Part shown: piece after piece, positions 28,423 through 45,167 of the stretch
How the letters are laid out: each line of letters opens with the position of its first letter
Numbering within the stretch: position 1 is the stretch's first letter
Assembly (NCBI RefSeq): GCF_009914755.1
Contig: NC_060930.1
Length of the DNA: 64,000 nucleotides
Reading direction: 5' to 3' (one strand)
From: the human T2T-CHM13v2.0 reference genome, Homo sapiens
The notes under the pieces: generated by a model
The model's database searches: none
Told to the model about the DNA's origin: nothing
The model's input: the letters and a program-made list of their open reading frames with translations, nothing else
Made by a program: the position numbers and the translations under genes

Positions 28423-28830
28423 GGGTGTCATATGTATTTGTTGCATGAATGAGAGAGAGGGTGAGCTGAGGGGAAGGGGAAAGGAGAGGAAGAGAGGCAA
28501 AAACAGAGAACCTCTTCTCTGTGTACTCAGCACTGCTGCTCCCACACCTGACTATTCAGATCAGAGGGTAAAGTAGCTGAGGTGGAAGAGACACTTCTCT
28601 GGTCCCTGAAAAAATCTTTTGGGGTCCCAGTTGTTCAGACCTTCTCTCCAGCTGGGAGCAGCTGCCTCAGGCTTCATTAGCAACATCTCAAAAAAGTGAA
28701 CATCCAAAAAAGCCCAACTTCTCAGCCCTGGGAATGGGGAGACTAGTTAATGGGGAGTTCTGATGGCCAAGGGCCAAGGCCAAGACAAAGCCTAGCTAGA
28801 TAAGACTTCAGTTTAAAGAAAGTTGTCTAG

Positions 28831-29169
<339 letters not shown>

Positions 29170-29814
29170 AATTTGGATTTCCAGAAATCTCAGTGAGAGG
29201 CCTTGGATTTGATATCTGGGTTTATAGCAAATGTAGATTCTAAGGCAGATAATGCTTAAAGCTGATGATGCGTAAAGCACCACAACTGTTTTTAACTATT
29301 TTAGTGGAAACCTTTCTAAAATGTATGAGATGCCCTGCAGCTGTGATAAACACAGTAAACACATTGCACCTTCTTTTGGTGACCAGGACCTCTATCTTGA
29401 ATAGCAGTGACTGCTGAATTGTAGGCATTGTTTATCATTTCTCTAATGGCCCCCAGACTACTATGCTGTTCAAATCTGTGGCAGTTCTGATTCTTTTTCT
29501 TGACATTTCTCTCTAGGTGGCTAAGATAACTTGAACACTATTGCTCCTATACTAAACAGCCCCTGGAAAGTGGTACTGTTCTGGTTGATATTGCTTCTAT
29601 TTCTACCAAATGTGGCTGCTTCTGTTTTCCACTGCTGTTTCTCATGTTGCCATTGAGCTGCCACAATTCTAACCATTCCTCCCAACTAGCTGTCTGTTGC
29701 CCCTCCAGTCTCTAAGTAAAAACTGGGAGAATGCTAAAATTTTCCAGAACAAACCAGACAATCCACCATCACATGTAAAACTTAAGTCTCCATTAAGATC
29801 TAACCATATGCAAA

Positions 29815-31452
29815 AATTAGGTTTCTAGAGTTAGAGACATCACTATAAACTTATGTTTAGCTTAATATAAATGTAGATGACTACCTATAGAAATATCCAT
29901 AGCTGTATCTACATGCATGTGTTATAATACGCACATGTATTAGTCCATTCTCACACTGCTATGAAGACATACCCAAGCCTGGGCAATTTATAAAGGCAAA
30001 TGGTTTAATTGATTCATGGTTCTGCATTGCTGGGGAGGCCTCAGGAAACTTACAATTATGGTGGAAGGTAAAGGAGAAGCAGGCACCTTCTTCACAGGGC
30101 AGCAGGATGGAGTGAGCGCAAGCAGGGGAAATGCCAGATGCTTATAAAATCATCAGATCCCTTGAGATTTCACTATCACAAGAACAGCATGAGGGAAACC
30201 ACCCCCATGATCCAGTTACCTCCACCTAGTCCAGCCTTTGACATGTGGGGATTATGGGGATTACAATTCAAGGTGAGATTTGGGTGGGGACACAGAGCCA
30301 AACCATATCAAATCAAACCTTTCCTTGCTCCTTCAGCTGACAGGGCCTACCACCAATGACACACCAGTAGCATGAGCATACTCGGCACCCAGATTTTAGT
30401 TTCTAATACGATTCCCCAGTAAAAGGAACCACGCTTCTTGAAGAAATGGCTGATTCCAGGACTGGGGCAAGAAACATACAAATGAGTCTGGAGTATCTTG
30501 TAGTGCTAGAAAAGCAACCAAATGCTCAAAACAAATTGTAAAACCTATAATAATGGGAGTATGTTTAAGGGGCACAGGAACCAACTGAAAGTGCTCCCAA
30601 TGGTCAAAGATAGAAGAATTTGAGCAACAAAATAAAGAGGTATTAAATTATAGCCCAAAGTAGAAAATAAACATCCAGGAATCTATACTGATGTAAATAA
30701 ATGACTGAATAAATAAATCACTGGGAAAGAAGAAACAAATCAGATATCTCATGCACTAGAATTCCAAATAACTGTGTAGATACTCTGCCCTCAGAGAGGG
30801 GGCATAATTTCCCACTCAAGTATGGACTGCACATTGTGACTGTCTTCCAAAAAGAATAAAATAAAAAGGTAGGGAGAAAGTAGTGGAGAAGCCTGACAAA
30901 CACTACCTTAGCCAGGAGATCAAGGTTAATGTTTACACTGATAAACATGTTGATAATATGTACTTGATATGATATGATTACATATGATAATGATGTTGCT
31001 TTACCTCTGTGGTCTTCCTCCCAAAAATCTGAAACCCCATTCTAATCATGAGAACAGCATCAGGCAAATCCCAACTGAGGTACATTCTGCAAAATACTTG
31101 ACCAGCACTCCCCTAAACTGTCAAGGTCATCAAAAGCAAGGAAAATCTGAGAAACTGCCACCACCAAGAGGAGACTAAGGAGACATGGCAACTAAATGAC
31201 TAAGCATAATGTGGCATTCTGGATGGGGCTCTGGAGCAGAAAAGGGACATTAGGGGAAAACGAAGGACATATGGATAAGCTGTGGACTTTATTTAATAAT
31301 AATAATAACTAATCAATATTGGACCACTAATTGTAACAAATGTAACATACTAACAAAAGATGTTAATGATTGGGATAACTTGGTGTGGAGTATATGGGAA
31401 CTCTGTACTATCTTTGCAATTTTTCTATAAATCTAAAATTATTCTAAAATAG
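29815..31452 (+). mobile_element. L1MC-type 3' region, interrupted by an LTR
   Basis: L1MC 3' UTR motifs (AAATGGCTGATTCCAGGACTGGGGCA; CTGTCAAGGTCATCAAAA; GGGAACTCTGTACTATCTTTGCAATTTTTCT). Confidence 0.8.
29936..30310 (-). mobile_element. THE1D/MSTA-like solo LTR
   Basis: TGTATTAGTCCATTCTCAC ... GGGGACACAGAGCCAAACCATATCA. Confidence 0.92.
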
Positions 31453-32205
31453 ATATTAATAGTTAATTAAAAAGTTAAGTCTCAGGCCTCCAGGCCTGAG
31501 ATGGAAGGATGAAGTACCCAGCTCCTACAGACTCTGCTATCCTGGGGATGGGGACTTTGCATGTCCCAGTGTGCTCCCAGGCCTCAAGGCTGCTGGACTT
31601 CTGACAGTGCTTCAGGGCAACACTTATATACTCAGAACACTACCCAGGGCTGGAAGGCTTTCAAAAGGCTGTGAAAATAATTATTTTACATACTCTTTCA
31701 TAGTTTACCATCCTACAAGATAGCAGGGCTCAAATTCATCGAGGAAGAAAAGTCTACCAGGAAAATGACAAAAACCCATGTAACATTAGGAAGTCACTTA
31801 GTTTGAATTCGTTAGGAAAAGACCACTCCCTGTAGTTTCCATTTACAAGCTTCTCAAACTGGTTCCTAAACTAGCTTCCAGCTAAGAAAAGGTGTTAAAG
31901 CATCAATAAAACTGTTCTAAAAAGCCCTTCATAATCGAAATCTAATTGAAGCTTATTAAGAGAGAGAACACCAAGTAGTCCTTTAAAGGCAAAAGGAGAG
32001 AGGTCTTCAATAGCCAGCAGGACCTGGTGGGGCTAACGCTTTCTCCCTGGCCACATAGCGGGTGAGAGCACTGTAGCCTGTATGGACACGTGTGCTCCAG
32101 ACACTGGCAAATTATGGCATTACATGCTTTGGCTATAGGGAGGTTGGGCTCTAGTGAGTAGAACTCTGGATAGGTAAATGGGAGATAGTTCTATTCTTCC
32201 CTCGC

Positions 32206-32563
32206 TCTTAGTTTGTCCAGACAACAAAATATCATAAACTGGGTGGTTTAAAAGCAAGAGAAGTTTATTTTTCACAGTTCTAGGGCCTGGGGAGTCCACA
32301 TCAAGGTATCAGCACATTTGGTGTCTGATGAGGGCCAATTTCCTGATTCACTGTGGAGCCCTTTTGCTGTTTCCTCACAGGGTGGAAAGAGTGAGGGGTC
32401 TCTTGCAGGGGTCTCTTTTATAAGGGCACCAATTCCATTCATGAGGGTTCCACTCTCAAGATATAATCACCTCTCAAAGGCCCTACCTCCTAATACCACC
32501 TCCTTGGGGATTGGGATTTTAACATATGAGTCTTGTGGAGATACAAACATTTAAAGCATAGCA
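32206..32563 (-). mobile_element. MLT1A-like solo LTR
   Basis: CATAAACTGGGTGGTTTA...TCTTTTATAAGGGCACCAATTCCATTCATGAGGG...AAACATTTAAAGCATAGCA. Confidence 0.85.
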
Positions 32564-35500
32564 CCCTCCTTGATCAAACTACTTTACTGCTTTGACCAAT
32601 AATTTTTTTCATCCACTAAAGAAGAAGAAAGTTTTCACCCTTACTCAACTAAGTGGCAGGTAATAATTAATAAAAACAATGTATAAGCAAAGGAGCATCT
32701 CTTACTTCAAAGCTTTTGGAGTACATGATTTTTGGTAGAATTCTTAGACAAGTAAATCAGGACTTTGCAGTTAGTGTGTGAATCTTCCTTTTAGCCAATT
32801 ACTTGTCAAACATCACTCAATCAATATATTTGTCATATTCACTTCCTCTGGTTATCAGTGTGTGAAATATAATTGGTAGACCTAAACCATGTGCATTTCT
32901 TTTCTACTTTTCAATTCCTCCTTCTCCTAGTTTAATCCTTTCCCAGTACTCCTGGGAACACCTGAAATACCGAATTAACATTCTTACTACAAGGACATAT
33001 TTAAAAGTCTTATGGATCGAAATGTCACATTGTATAGATATCTTAAGTTGTCCATGATTGGACAACCTGGAAACACTGAGAGTTCCTGGTGACTTCAATG
33101 TATACCACCTATTTGCCTCACCATAACCCGAGATATTTTATTTTACTCCTGGGCTGGCATGCAGGGCCTTAGTGTCATTCAGTGCTCCTGTGCTCATTCT
33201 CCCCAATTTCCAGGGCTTCTTTTTGAGTCTTACTTCGCAACACTTTTCCTAGGTCATTAGCTCACTCCATCCCCAGCGTTAGCCTGTACCCTCAAAGCCA
33301 GATCTGGTTTTTGACAGTGGCCAGGATATTTCTCTCATATCCATGCAACAGAAGACCCATCTGTTCCTTCTGCTGTTGTCATTCAGGCTGTCCAGGCAGA
33401 GGTCTCACCCTTTCCCCCTCTGGACCTTCCATAATTTGTATGTGTAAGGCTTTCCTGTTTCTAGTTTCCTTAGTGTAACTTGAGGCAGATATGAGAGTGC
33501 TTATTTAAAGCATAGACTATAGCCACTAAAAAAGGAGAGGTTAAAGGTCACAGAAATGGAGGAGCTCAGCGATACAGCAAAGTCTCAGAAGAAGCAGAAG
33601 GGCTTGGGGTTTGGAGCATAGATAGTTGAGTTTGAGGAGGGAAGAAGGGAAAGTATGGAGGTGGGAAGGATGTTAAGATGGCTAGTTTCCGCAGCATCTT
33701 ATTTTTAGTGAAAGGAAAAAGCATCCCTGCTGAACCTGAATATGAGAAAGAATTATGGAAACTAAGAGTAAATAAGAAGCAGCAGCTGAGGAGAAGAGGG
33801 GAAAGAACTGCTTTGGGACAAGAGTTAGGATTTCTCTCATCACACTGCAAGTCTCACAGAGACTGCTATAACTGCTATGAACCCTAAATGGCACCTTTAG
33901 CCATGTTGGGAGGCTCCATATTATTACATTAACCTTAAATACTGCCACTAAATCTGTTTAATGGGGTCTGTGACCCAAAAAGTTAAGCCCCACTGCTCTG
34001 GACAATCATGCAACTCTTTCTGTCACAGTGCTTCTATCCTGGAATGCCTTTAGACCACAGAATTGCAAAACCACCTCTATCTGGATTTGAAGTAAAGGAG
34101 ACATAAGGTACTGGGAGAAAAAAAATTACATTCTTATAACTTTCCCTCTTCATGGGCATTATTTTGGTATAGTGCCAAGCACCAATCAACTCTGAGTAGT
34201 GCCTGCATTCTGAAACAATTGTGCAAGAATATATTATTCTATGAACAATAAACTATTGTAGTGTTTCTTAGTTCCAATATCTGACCTTAAGGAATGCCAC
34301 ATCACTTGTTTTCTTGATTATTTTCTCATGAACCTAGAGTATTTGATTTATGCTCAACTATTTCCACATCTAAAAACATGTTGGTATTTCATAATCAAGT
34401 TTTAATCTTCTAAACTAGATGATTCAGGGGAAAATACTTAATCCATCAAAATAATTCCAAACCATGTGCTTTTCAAATCACCTTCAAAATGGCATATCGT
34501 TTCCATCATGTTTGGATTGTAAAAGGCTTTGCAATTTATGACCGTTGGCTTATTTCCAGTTCCCTAAGCTGTCAATAACATACTAATGCCATCCTCCAAA
34601 GGTCCCCTGGCAGGATTTCACAGGGATATCGGTGGGTTCAGATCAGTAGGAGTAACCAATGAATATATTAAATAATAGCACTCAGTCTTGAACTCTGTTT
34701 CCAAGTGTCCTTATAGTTCACCAGAATTTTACTTTTGAATGGGAAATAAGCTTGTTAGAAAGAGAAAGGAAACTAAAAGTATTAAGTGCTTACCAAGAGC
34801 CAGGTACTTTACATACCATATCATTTAAATTCATGGAATTATTTATCATACAGAGAAAATCAAGGCTCATAATCTCAGAGTTTACCTAAGGACAGAGCCA
34901 GAGATTACACTTCAGGTAGGTCTGATTCTTAAGCTTGTGATCTTTCTACCACTCCATTCCATTTATACCTATTAATAATTGTTAAAACTAGAATAAATAG
35001 CTCCAAAAGTCTATTCAAAAAGACTTCCATCAGAGGGTATAATCTCCTTTATAGAAAATTTTAAATTTCCCCACTGAATACACAGGATATGTGTGAATTT
35101 GGTACACTAAGACAACAATAGTAAGAAAACATGTCTTTCCCTGAACCGGAGGTAAAAAAAATATATACAGACATAAGCAATTCTAATAACTTTTCAGACT
35201 CAAACTGAGTCTGCAAGTAGAATTTTGCAAAAAGAAAAAGCAGGTCTAATAGTAATAGTACTAAAGTAACAGTACTCTAAGTGACTAAAAATAAGGGAAA
35301 TTATTTCAAAGTAATTTCTCAACATAGATGGATCTTTCTAGTGTAAGTAGAAATTTTTGTTTATATTGTTGTGAATAACTGCCTTTGTCTCAGTTCTATC
35401 TTAGAATGTGCACATAGACATTGTTGAACATGACAGATGCACAGAATATAATATTCTAACATTATTCATGTTTGAAGAAGCGAAATAAAACCAACCCTTC

Positions 35501-35829
35501 AGAAATTCCTTTCTGAGATCTTTTTATAAAAGAGTTATTTTAAGAGAAATAGAGGGCTTTACTGTTCAATAGCATAACCTTTTTTCTTACTTATATTTAT
35601 CCCTCAAATTATTTTAATTCTTCCACTACAAAAATGACTATATTTTATCAATAAAAGGCTTTTTAAAAATGTTTACTTCTTATTAGATCCTTCCAAGTAA
35701 TTTTCTAGGGATGCTGCCAGTCTTTGTCCTTTTTCTTATTCTTTTAACTGCATTTCTACATCGCACCTTAGAAAAAGATGCAACAACAATAACAAAACAA
35801 CAAGCCTAGCTCAAGAAGCAATACTTGTT

Positions 35830-36050
35830 GCAGCTGGTTAAGTCTCAGGCCTCTGAGTTAAAAAGGTAAAGTTCACTACTTATGAGTCATGTGACCTCAC
35901 ACAAGTTACTTGAGCCCTCTGGAGCTCAATTTTCTCATCCTTGAAATGGGGATTCCAGGACCTCCCATATAGAATCATCGTGAAGATTGCACGTGGCATG
36001 TCAAACATTTGACACCATGTCTGGTACTGCCCATCAGTCCATTAATGTTG
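35830..36050 (+). mobile_element. MIR
   Basis: TGTGACCTCACACAAGTTACTTGAGCCCTCTGGAGCTCAATTTTCTCATCCTTGAAATGGGGAT core. Confidence 0.7.
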
Positions 36051-36971
36051 GTCATAATTAGCTCTTAATTTCTGATGGGTAAAGTCCACTCACCTGAAGA
36101 CTTTGAAATTCCAGGAGTCACGGTCATACAAGCCTTTTCATGTCGTGGTATACATTGGAGTACCCTGTTTGATCAGACTTCTCCTGAAGAATCAGCATTT
36201 AGAGCGATCCTCATGGTCCCTGTGAATGACCTAAGATTTTTGTGAACAATTCCACTCTCATATAATATGAGAACATAAGAGGACATTCACATTTTAAAAT
36301 GTTAGAAATCTTGCCAAGTTTTTTCTTTCTCTCTTCACTTGTCTATCAAATTATTTGCCCCTTCTCTTTCATCAAACAATTAAATCAAATTAACTGAGCA
36401 GTAGGCTTGATGTTTTTGGTGTAGACAAGAATTATATATTTTACTCCTGATGTCAAAGAGCTTGGAATTTGTAGGAGAGACAAGAACCGTGCCAAAGAAA
36501 CAGACTGCAGTTCAAGATGGTGGGTTATTGAGTGTGAAATGGAAAGATGCAAAGGAGTTCAAGGGGGAGGAATAACTCTAGGTGGGAAACACATACATTA
36601 TTTACATCACCTGGCCTCCAGACTGGCTGTCACTACCCTTCAAATGACATGCTGTAAGAGTCAGCAGATCCAGTCGGTGGGAGGATGATTGGGTCTTGGG
36701 AAATTTAAATTTAGAGAGTATGTGCAAACGTGCTCCAGACAATTTTAAGAGAATAGGGAGGGCAGGCAAGGCTACTCCTTAGCTCTCAACAAAACTGATG
36801 TGTGCACCTCCCCAAATTCCCCACCCAACTCCCTGCTACATTAATCAACATCTCCTCTCCTGTCAACTTTAGACTCACCCATTCTTTAAGGAGAAGAAAG
36901 GGTATCTGCTATGTTGCATACAAAGCGTCTCATAAATAATGTCGTCTTTGCTTGAAAACAGCCTGAGAGGG

Positions 36972-37297
<326 letters not shown>

Positions 37298-37469
37298 TCA
37301 AGTAAAAAAAATTATTTCCTGCCATTAAAAGGTATGAAAGTTAGAACTTCACTTTTCTCTCAAGTTGCTTTCCAAAATGGCTTTGTGTGTCGCATTATAG
37401 TTACCTGCACTATTTGGGAGCCTAAGGAAGCTCTAGTGTCTTCTGGGCTTGCACTTTCTGCAGCAAAAG

Positions 37470-37483
37470 GTGCCCCCTGATGA
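37470..37483 (-). promoter_or_regulatory. Possible CTCF motif
   Basis: Minus strand reads TCATCAGGGGGCAC, 12/14 to CCASYAGRKGGCRS; motif match only. Confidence 0.25.
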
Positions 37484-39201
37484 GGAAAGGTGGAGAAGAG
37501 GATTGAGGAGATGGGAGGAGCGACATTATAACACACAGAGCAGGAAAGACCCCAGTTTGGGCTTGTTGATAATGTCTTGATATGTTTCTTAGTAGAGATT
37601 TCTTGTTCTTTGGTAGTCCAATTACAGTTCTTCTATTTAATAGCTTTAGTTGCCATTTTATCTATAAAATCTGATGTAACTCTTGCATGGTTTTACACTA
37701 AAAGTGTTTTACATATACAACGCTACAGGAGTTATACAACGGCAAGGAAAGGAAAGGAAAGATAGTCTTTAAAAAGATTGCAAGGGAAGTGGATCAGATG
37801 TATAGAAGGCTTAACTTTTAAAGAAGAATGGCATAATAATCATCATAATTACTATTTCGATTTCTATAATTCACATTCTTTTCTTTTAGATTCATTCCCA
37901 GAAAACCTCCAATGTTTAATAATTTCTGAACTAGCAAAGAGACAGGGTTATTATTTCTAATGAGCAAAATTTAAATATGAGATACAGAGAGAGGGACAAC
38001 TGACTAAAGGTCGTAGAGGATGGAAGAGCCGAAAGGAGAAGGACATTGGTGCTCAGCCTATGCCCTCTAGAAAGATGTTTAGAATTTTCATAATAGGTTT
38101 GTGATGTGCCTAGTTATGGCGTGATCGACCTCATGCGATCCCTACTAAGAGGAAACTGTATTTTAGAAAGTTAAAATGAATAATATGGTCCACACATACA
38201 CAGGTTGTCCAATAAATGTTTAAATTAATGCATGAGATAACTAATGAGTAGGTCATAGAAAGGTTGTTTTAAGGGTAGGACACAGGCGTGAGTGTAATTC
38301 CTGTTCAGTGTTTTTCCAGTTCAGTGCTGAGCAATGTATATGCATTGTCTTCTCTGATTTCTGTGTCTGAGGACACATCCCTGAGTATAAGCCAGGGATT
38401 TTATGAGGAATTGTTTTAGGCTTCAGTCTTAGATAGCTGCCATGATTCAGTGTTTGATGACTATTTTTTTACTCACTTATCCCGTTCATTCACTCATGAG
38501 TGGCTCCCTATTCTAGTGTCTGTGTCAATGCCCAGTCTTAGCCTCTGCCTTCATCGAGCTGCCCCTCCTGCTAGAGGAAACCTAAAATCTCTGCATCTGT
38601 GTTACTGGGAGAACTACTAGAGCCTGGTGGTGGAAGGGGAGTTATCTGCAGGAGCCTCTTTACTCACCCTGCTTTCTCTGCAGCTCAATGCTTTGCACTC
38701 ACCCCAGCTCTCCCTGCCAACTGGTGTCTGTTGCAGGACAGGGGCTGTGAAGTAAAATGGAGACCAAAAGAGACCCTTAGAAAGCAGTTGACCTGGGACT
38801 CTGCTACTTACTGATTCCTAATCCATAGTTCTTGGCCAATTCTTTCTTTGTCTCTCTATTCTATGTCTGTTCATTTCTCAATCCATTTATCATCTCCACA
38901 CGTATTTAAAAGGCCACCAAAACCGTAATGAATCTCTATCTCCAATTAAAGAGAGTTTGTAAATGATTCCACAAACATTTATTGAATGTCTATTATTTGC
39001 CAAATGCTGGCATTTCACTGTCTTCTCTTTTATACTTCTATTTGTTTTCGTTTAAACATTGACCAGGTAGACACTAATCTTTGGAAAGTCTGAACTCTAA
39101 TCCAAATGCCAGGTTTGCTAATAATTAGCTGTATGACTTTGGACAATTTATATCTTTGGGTCTTAAGTTTTTTCTTGTCCAAAATAAAGATACTATAATA
39201 C

Positions 39202-40514
<1,313 letters not shown>

Positions 40515-42124
40515 ATGGTCCCACTGAACGTGTGCTGGTGAGGTTCACATGCCCTGAAAAAAAACTTGGAAAACACATCTACTTGGGTTTTTGGTTTACT
40601 TTCAATTTTTTGTTTCATTTTTTTTAACAAGTTTGTCTCCCTTTCCATATTTCATAGTGGTTCTACTCATACTACCTCAAGGATCTGAATTTAAACAAAT
40701 GATACCTCAATTATTATGTTTGAGTGTCTGCTTGCAGATTTCTGACCTGGCTAGTTTTGACAGGCTGACAAACTTCAGACAAAGGTGAAAAAACTAACTG
40801 TAAGACAAAGACCTAAAATCTGAAGGAAAGGGAGGGTGGCCTGGGTGAGAGTGATGGGAGTGACATTTTTCTTTTATTAACTGCTAGACAGGAAATGAGG
40901 CTTAAAGTATTGAAGGGATGATGAGGGGGAGGGGAAAGAGGGATCAGGTAAATGGATTGCAAAAACACCACAAAAAAGGTCGAAGGGTGTGAGCTAAGAA
41001 ATTGGTTTTAGCAACTGATTCTGTTACACAGGAACGGGAGCCAATAATCTGGACTCCTCTGATATTAGCTCGTAAGTATCTTAATTGGTATACTATCTCA
41101 ATCAATGCCATCAGAAGGCATGTTTTTTTCTCAGTCCTCAAACCCATATTATAATCTTTGAATGGTAACTTTATAACTTGCTGATCACTCCTGAAAACCA
41201 TCACTTTATGATTCCTTTGTCTCAGGCCTTCCCAAATGTCATGACTACCCATCCCAGGAGAGCAATAACTGCAAGAAAACATTCACAGCAATGCTGCAAC
41301 TATTAATAGTGTTTGTATTCTATTGTTATTGTATGTCACAACAGTGAGACTCAGGGAATTTTAGAAGGAGTTTTAGAAAGGGGCTGTTTGGGTGAGGTCA
41401 CTGTGGTAATCAGACTGGCTCTATTAGCTGGTCATTTAACAACTTCCACAGAACTTGATAGCTTTCCAATGAAATACTTAATTTAATTTCCCCATAATCC
41501 ACCTCTCTCCTGGCCATCACACCTTTAATAAGCCTACATCACATGTTCATTACTCTTTCTACCTCTACATCATAGAGTTTTACATTTTAATATTGGAGTT
41601 GGTCATCTTGTTAGTTTGATTTATTGTTTTCCTCTTTTGAAAAGTCCGTACACTTTTTCTAAGTACTATAAATAACAAAGCGTGGCTCTGGATTGAATAA
41701 CGGAGTTGTAATTCAGACTTGGAACTTTCCTGACATTCCTAAAGCCTCCAGCCGCACCCTTGGAACCAAGGATGTCAGTAGAGGCTGGTGATTGAAATAC
41801 GGCCCTGCAGTCAATCAAGGGCCTCTACTATTCAAAATATTTCTACAAATGACAAGTTATTAATGCTTTGAAATGAAAGTCAGAACTACACTATATCAGA
41901 TGTTAGTTTAATGAGGACAGCTTTTTTTTTCTGCCACTTAATGAGGTAAGAGACTTTTTCTCTATTTCTTATAGAAATAAATCACAAGCAATAAATAGAG
42001 AAAGTGCTTAGGTAGTCAAGCTTTATTATTATTGTTGTTACTATTATTTTAAATATTGCACAATATTATTTGCAAAACACTTTCATTTTTAGAGTACTGG
42101 AAGAGTAAAAAGAATTCAACAACA

Positions 42125-42200
42125 AGAGGAGAAGAAGAAAGGGAGAGAGGAAGAAAGGAGGAAGGAAAGGAGGGAAGGAGGGAGGGAGGGATGGGAAGGA
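42125..42200. repeat. GA-rich polypurine low-complexity tract
   Basis: GGAA/GGAG repeats directly visible. Confidence 0.85.
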
Positions 42201-45167
42201 TTATTTGCGTGCAACCCAAAGTTCTAATCACTTCATAATTGAATTTCATAATTTTAGATACTGTTGAAGAACTATGAATGTGAACACTTGGCAAGTGACA
42301 AAGTAAAATCAAACAACAGAAATGTAAGCCTTAAGATGTCAAGTCAAATAGATCCATATATCTTGGTTATTAATGTCTCAGGAAAACAAGCAATAGATAC
42401 AGAATATTGGAAAATACTGGGGAGCTCCACAATAATATTTTTGAACACTTTTTTCTTAAACTTTAACATTTTAATTTCTCAAACATTAGATTTTTGAGAA
42501 CAAACGTTATTAGAGAAGACAGTGTCAGAAATATGAAAAAATCTGCTTCCTTCTGCAGAAAAAGACACTTATAATCAAATAGCTCACTTGAAAAAGTATC
42601 CTTACCCTTGGGAAGTTGTTGACCTCTTTGTGAATGGACCATGGTCCTCTTTCAGAATTTGATGCAAGGCCTTTGCCTCAGGAAAAAATAAAATGCCACC
42701 AACAAGCAACATCTATTTCTTTCTCTCTCTACTTCTCAAATATGAAATTTTATATATTTCAGGGGATTCATGACTCCATTGCCCAATGATGTAAATGGCA
42801 TCTAAAAAAAACAAAAGAACCTTTCCCTTATTTTTACATAGATTACATCTAATTTTGATCAACTAAAAAAAAAAACTAATGCTTGATTTGGAGATTAGAA
42901 TCAAATTCAATTTTTCATGGGGACCTAAACTTTATTAATTGTTTATTATATTCCAGGAAAAATAAAGGTATCCCATTTCACAGGACCAAAATGCTTGCTA
43001 CAGGGCCTGTTATTGAATGCAGCTCTTAATCATTGCTACAAAGGTATACTTGATGGGGAAAGGTGACATAATAATCTAAGCATGTGTCTTTTTCTTGCCA
43101 GTATTAGAGTCAAACAAGTCATAGGAATAATTATTGTTATTTTCATAATCAAACAATAGATGTAATTGAAAATATTCTATGGGTCTCATTTTTGTTATCA
43201 GAAACTAAGCATACTTATAACAATCTAATAATGTAAGTATTTTAGATAACAAGCCTTTTTTAAGAGCCTACTGTTGCATAGTGTCCATTATCAGCTAACT
43301 AATTCATGCCCGGAGGCAAAAAGCAGTGCAAGTGAAACCATAATATGTTTCTTCAATGAACTTTGCCTTCACCCAGGTCTTCATTTGAGCTGTACTACTC
43401 TCCTTTCTTTCTCTGCTTTGAAATTTCCCGTTGATGAAAATACCTCATTTTATCTTTATTCTTTTGTCTTTATTGCCCTTTTTAACATGAGTATGTGTGG
43501 TACAGATTAGAAAGGGTCTGACGGTGTGCATATGCTGAAGGCAGTTTCTTCTCTAAAGAAGAAGAAACTTAGTTAAGTAACATGAGAAGCAGTTCAAGAG
43601 CCAGAGAGCAAGCCATGAGTGCCACCAGATGACCACTGGAGTCCATTCCCCACATCAGTCAAGGTCTTTGGGACAAGCAATGACAGAAACCTTTGATGTC
43701 TTTCCTCTGCTATGACTCACAAGGCAGCAGTGCCCAGGGGTTTCTTCATCAAGTTTTCCTATTTCACTTGGGCTCAAACTCATTTTAAGTTTCATTTAAG
43801 ATGGGGGGAGTTTTTAATGGTAACTAGCTCTGCCAAACCAACTATCACAGTGAATTGAGAGTTCTCAGTTTAAAATAAACCGGAAAGCAGTTCATTCCTG
43901 CGGCAAGAATGTCCCCACCCAGTAAATGTCAAAGATAATCTGAGCTTACCCGGATTGAGCCAAGTCGAAGCCCCTACACTTAGCCTGACACTATGGCCTC
44001 CAGAGATGCCCAATATGTCTACCTAAATGACCCAAAGTTGTTCTCCTGCCTTTCAATAATTAAAATCCACTCTGTGAAAAAAAAAAAAATTACACATGTA
44101 AAACATCAAATAGAATGCAGGCAGTAAATTAGGGCATTTTATCCTTGATTGTACCACCCAAGGAAGTGTTGTACATTTACCACTGTTCTGAATGAGCAAC
44201 CTTGTTAAGAATAAAAAGGATCAAAACGATGTCTAAAATCTAACAAGTTTGAAGTCTTTTAAGTTATTGTGAGCTCATGTCCCTTGGAACTTGTTGGGAA
44301 TTCATTGAGGCCTGTATTTAAAGGGCATTCACTGGAATTTTTTCTTTAAAGTGATTTTTTCTCTCCCTAGAATTGCCTTTTGTCATTCTATTAGATTGAG
44401 TAGAAGTTTGCATTTTGGAACTATTTCATGCATAGGGGAATTGACCATGTCTCTAGGCAAACTCTGGGTAGCATCTGTCAAAGTCTTATTAGGAATTGAC
44501 CTTCACCCACATTGACTGAAGGCTTTCTATAAGCAAATCGCATACACAGAATTTTTGTATGTGTTTCCTTATTACAGCTTCACAGATCTGAGAAGAAACA
44601 AATTAATTTCATTATATATATAAAAGTCCAGAGAGAGGAAATAGAAACTTTTGCATTGGTTTGGCAGATAGGAAATAACTTATTATGAAAACTCTTCCAT
44701 GCCCTCTAACTCTTTTTCCACTCGTCCTTTTAACTACACTATTTCCTCCTGTACTCTAGAATAGTCCAACTAGAAATTAAATCCAGAGTGATTTTCACTT
44801 AAAATTATAATTTAATGTCGGGTTGCTGTAACTTGCTCTGGTTTTCAAACTACATTATAGACTTAACTTTCTAGCAACATTGATGCTGCCTTCAAGTATT
44901 ACATAAATAAGAATGCTAGTTAAAATTCAAAATCATAATATTAATGCATGAAGAAGTTGGCCAGAAAGAAGAGATTCCTCAGAAATCAGAAACAATGAGA
45001 AAGCACAAATCCTCATGGATAAGTAAATGCTGGAGTCAGCATTTTCCCAGGAGATACCTGCAAATTTTGATGCACTAAGCAGGACAAGCCTCAGATCATA
45101 GACACCAATTTAAAAGCCAAAATCCCAGGAAGGCAATTTCTTTAGGTGAGGTAGAATAAAACCCACC

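Noticed and set aside
35195-35213. 8-bp perfect hairpin CAGACTCA/TGAGTCTG
   Set aside because: An isolated stem of this size is expected by chance in 64 kb.
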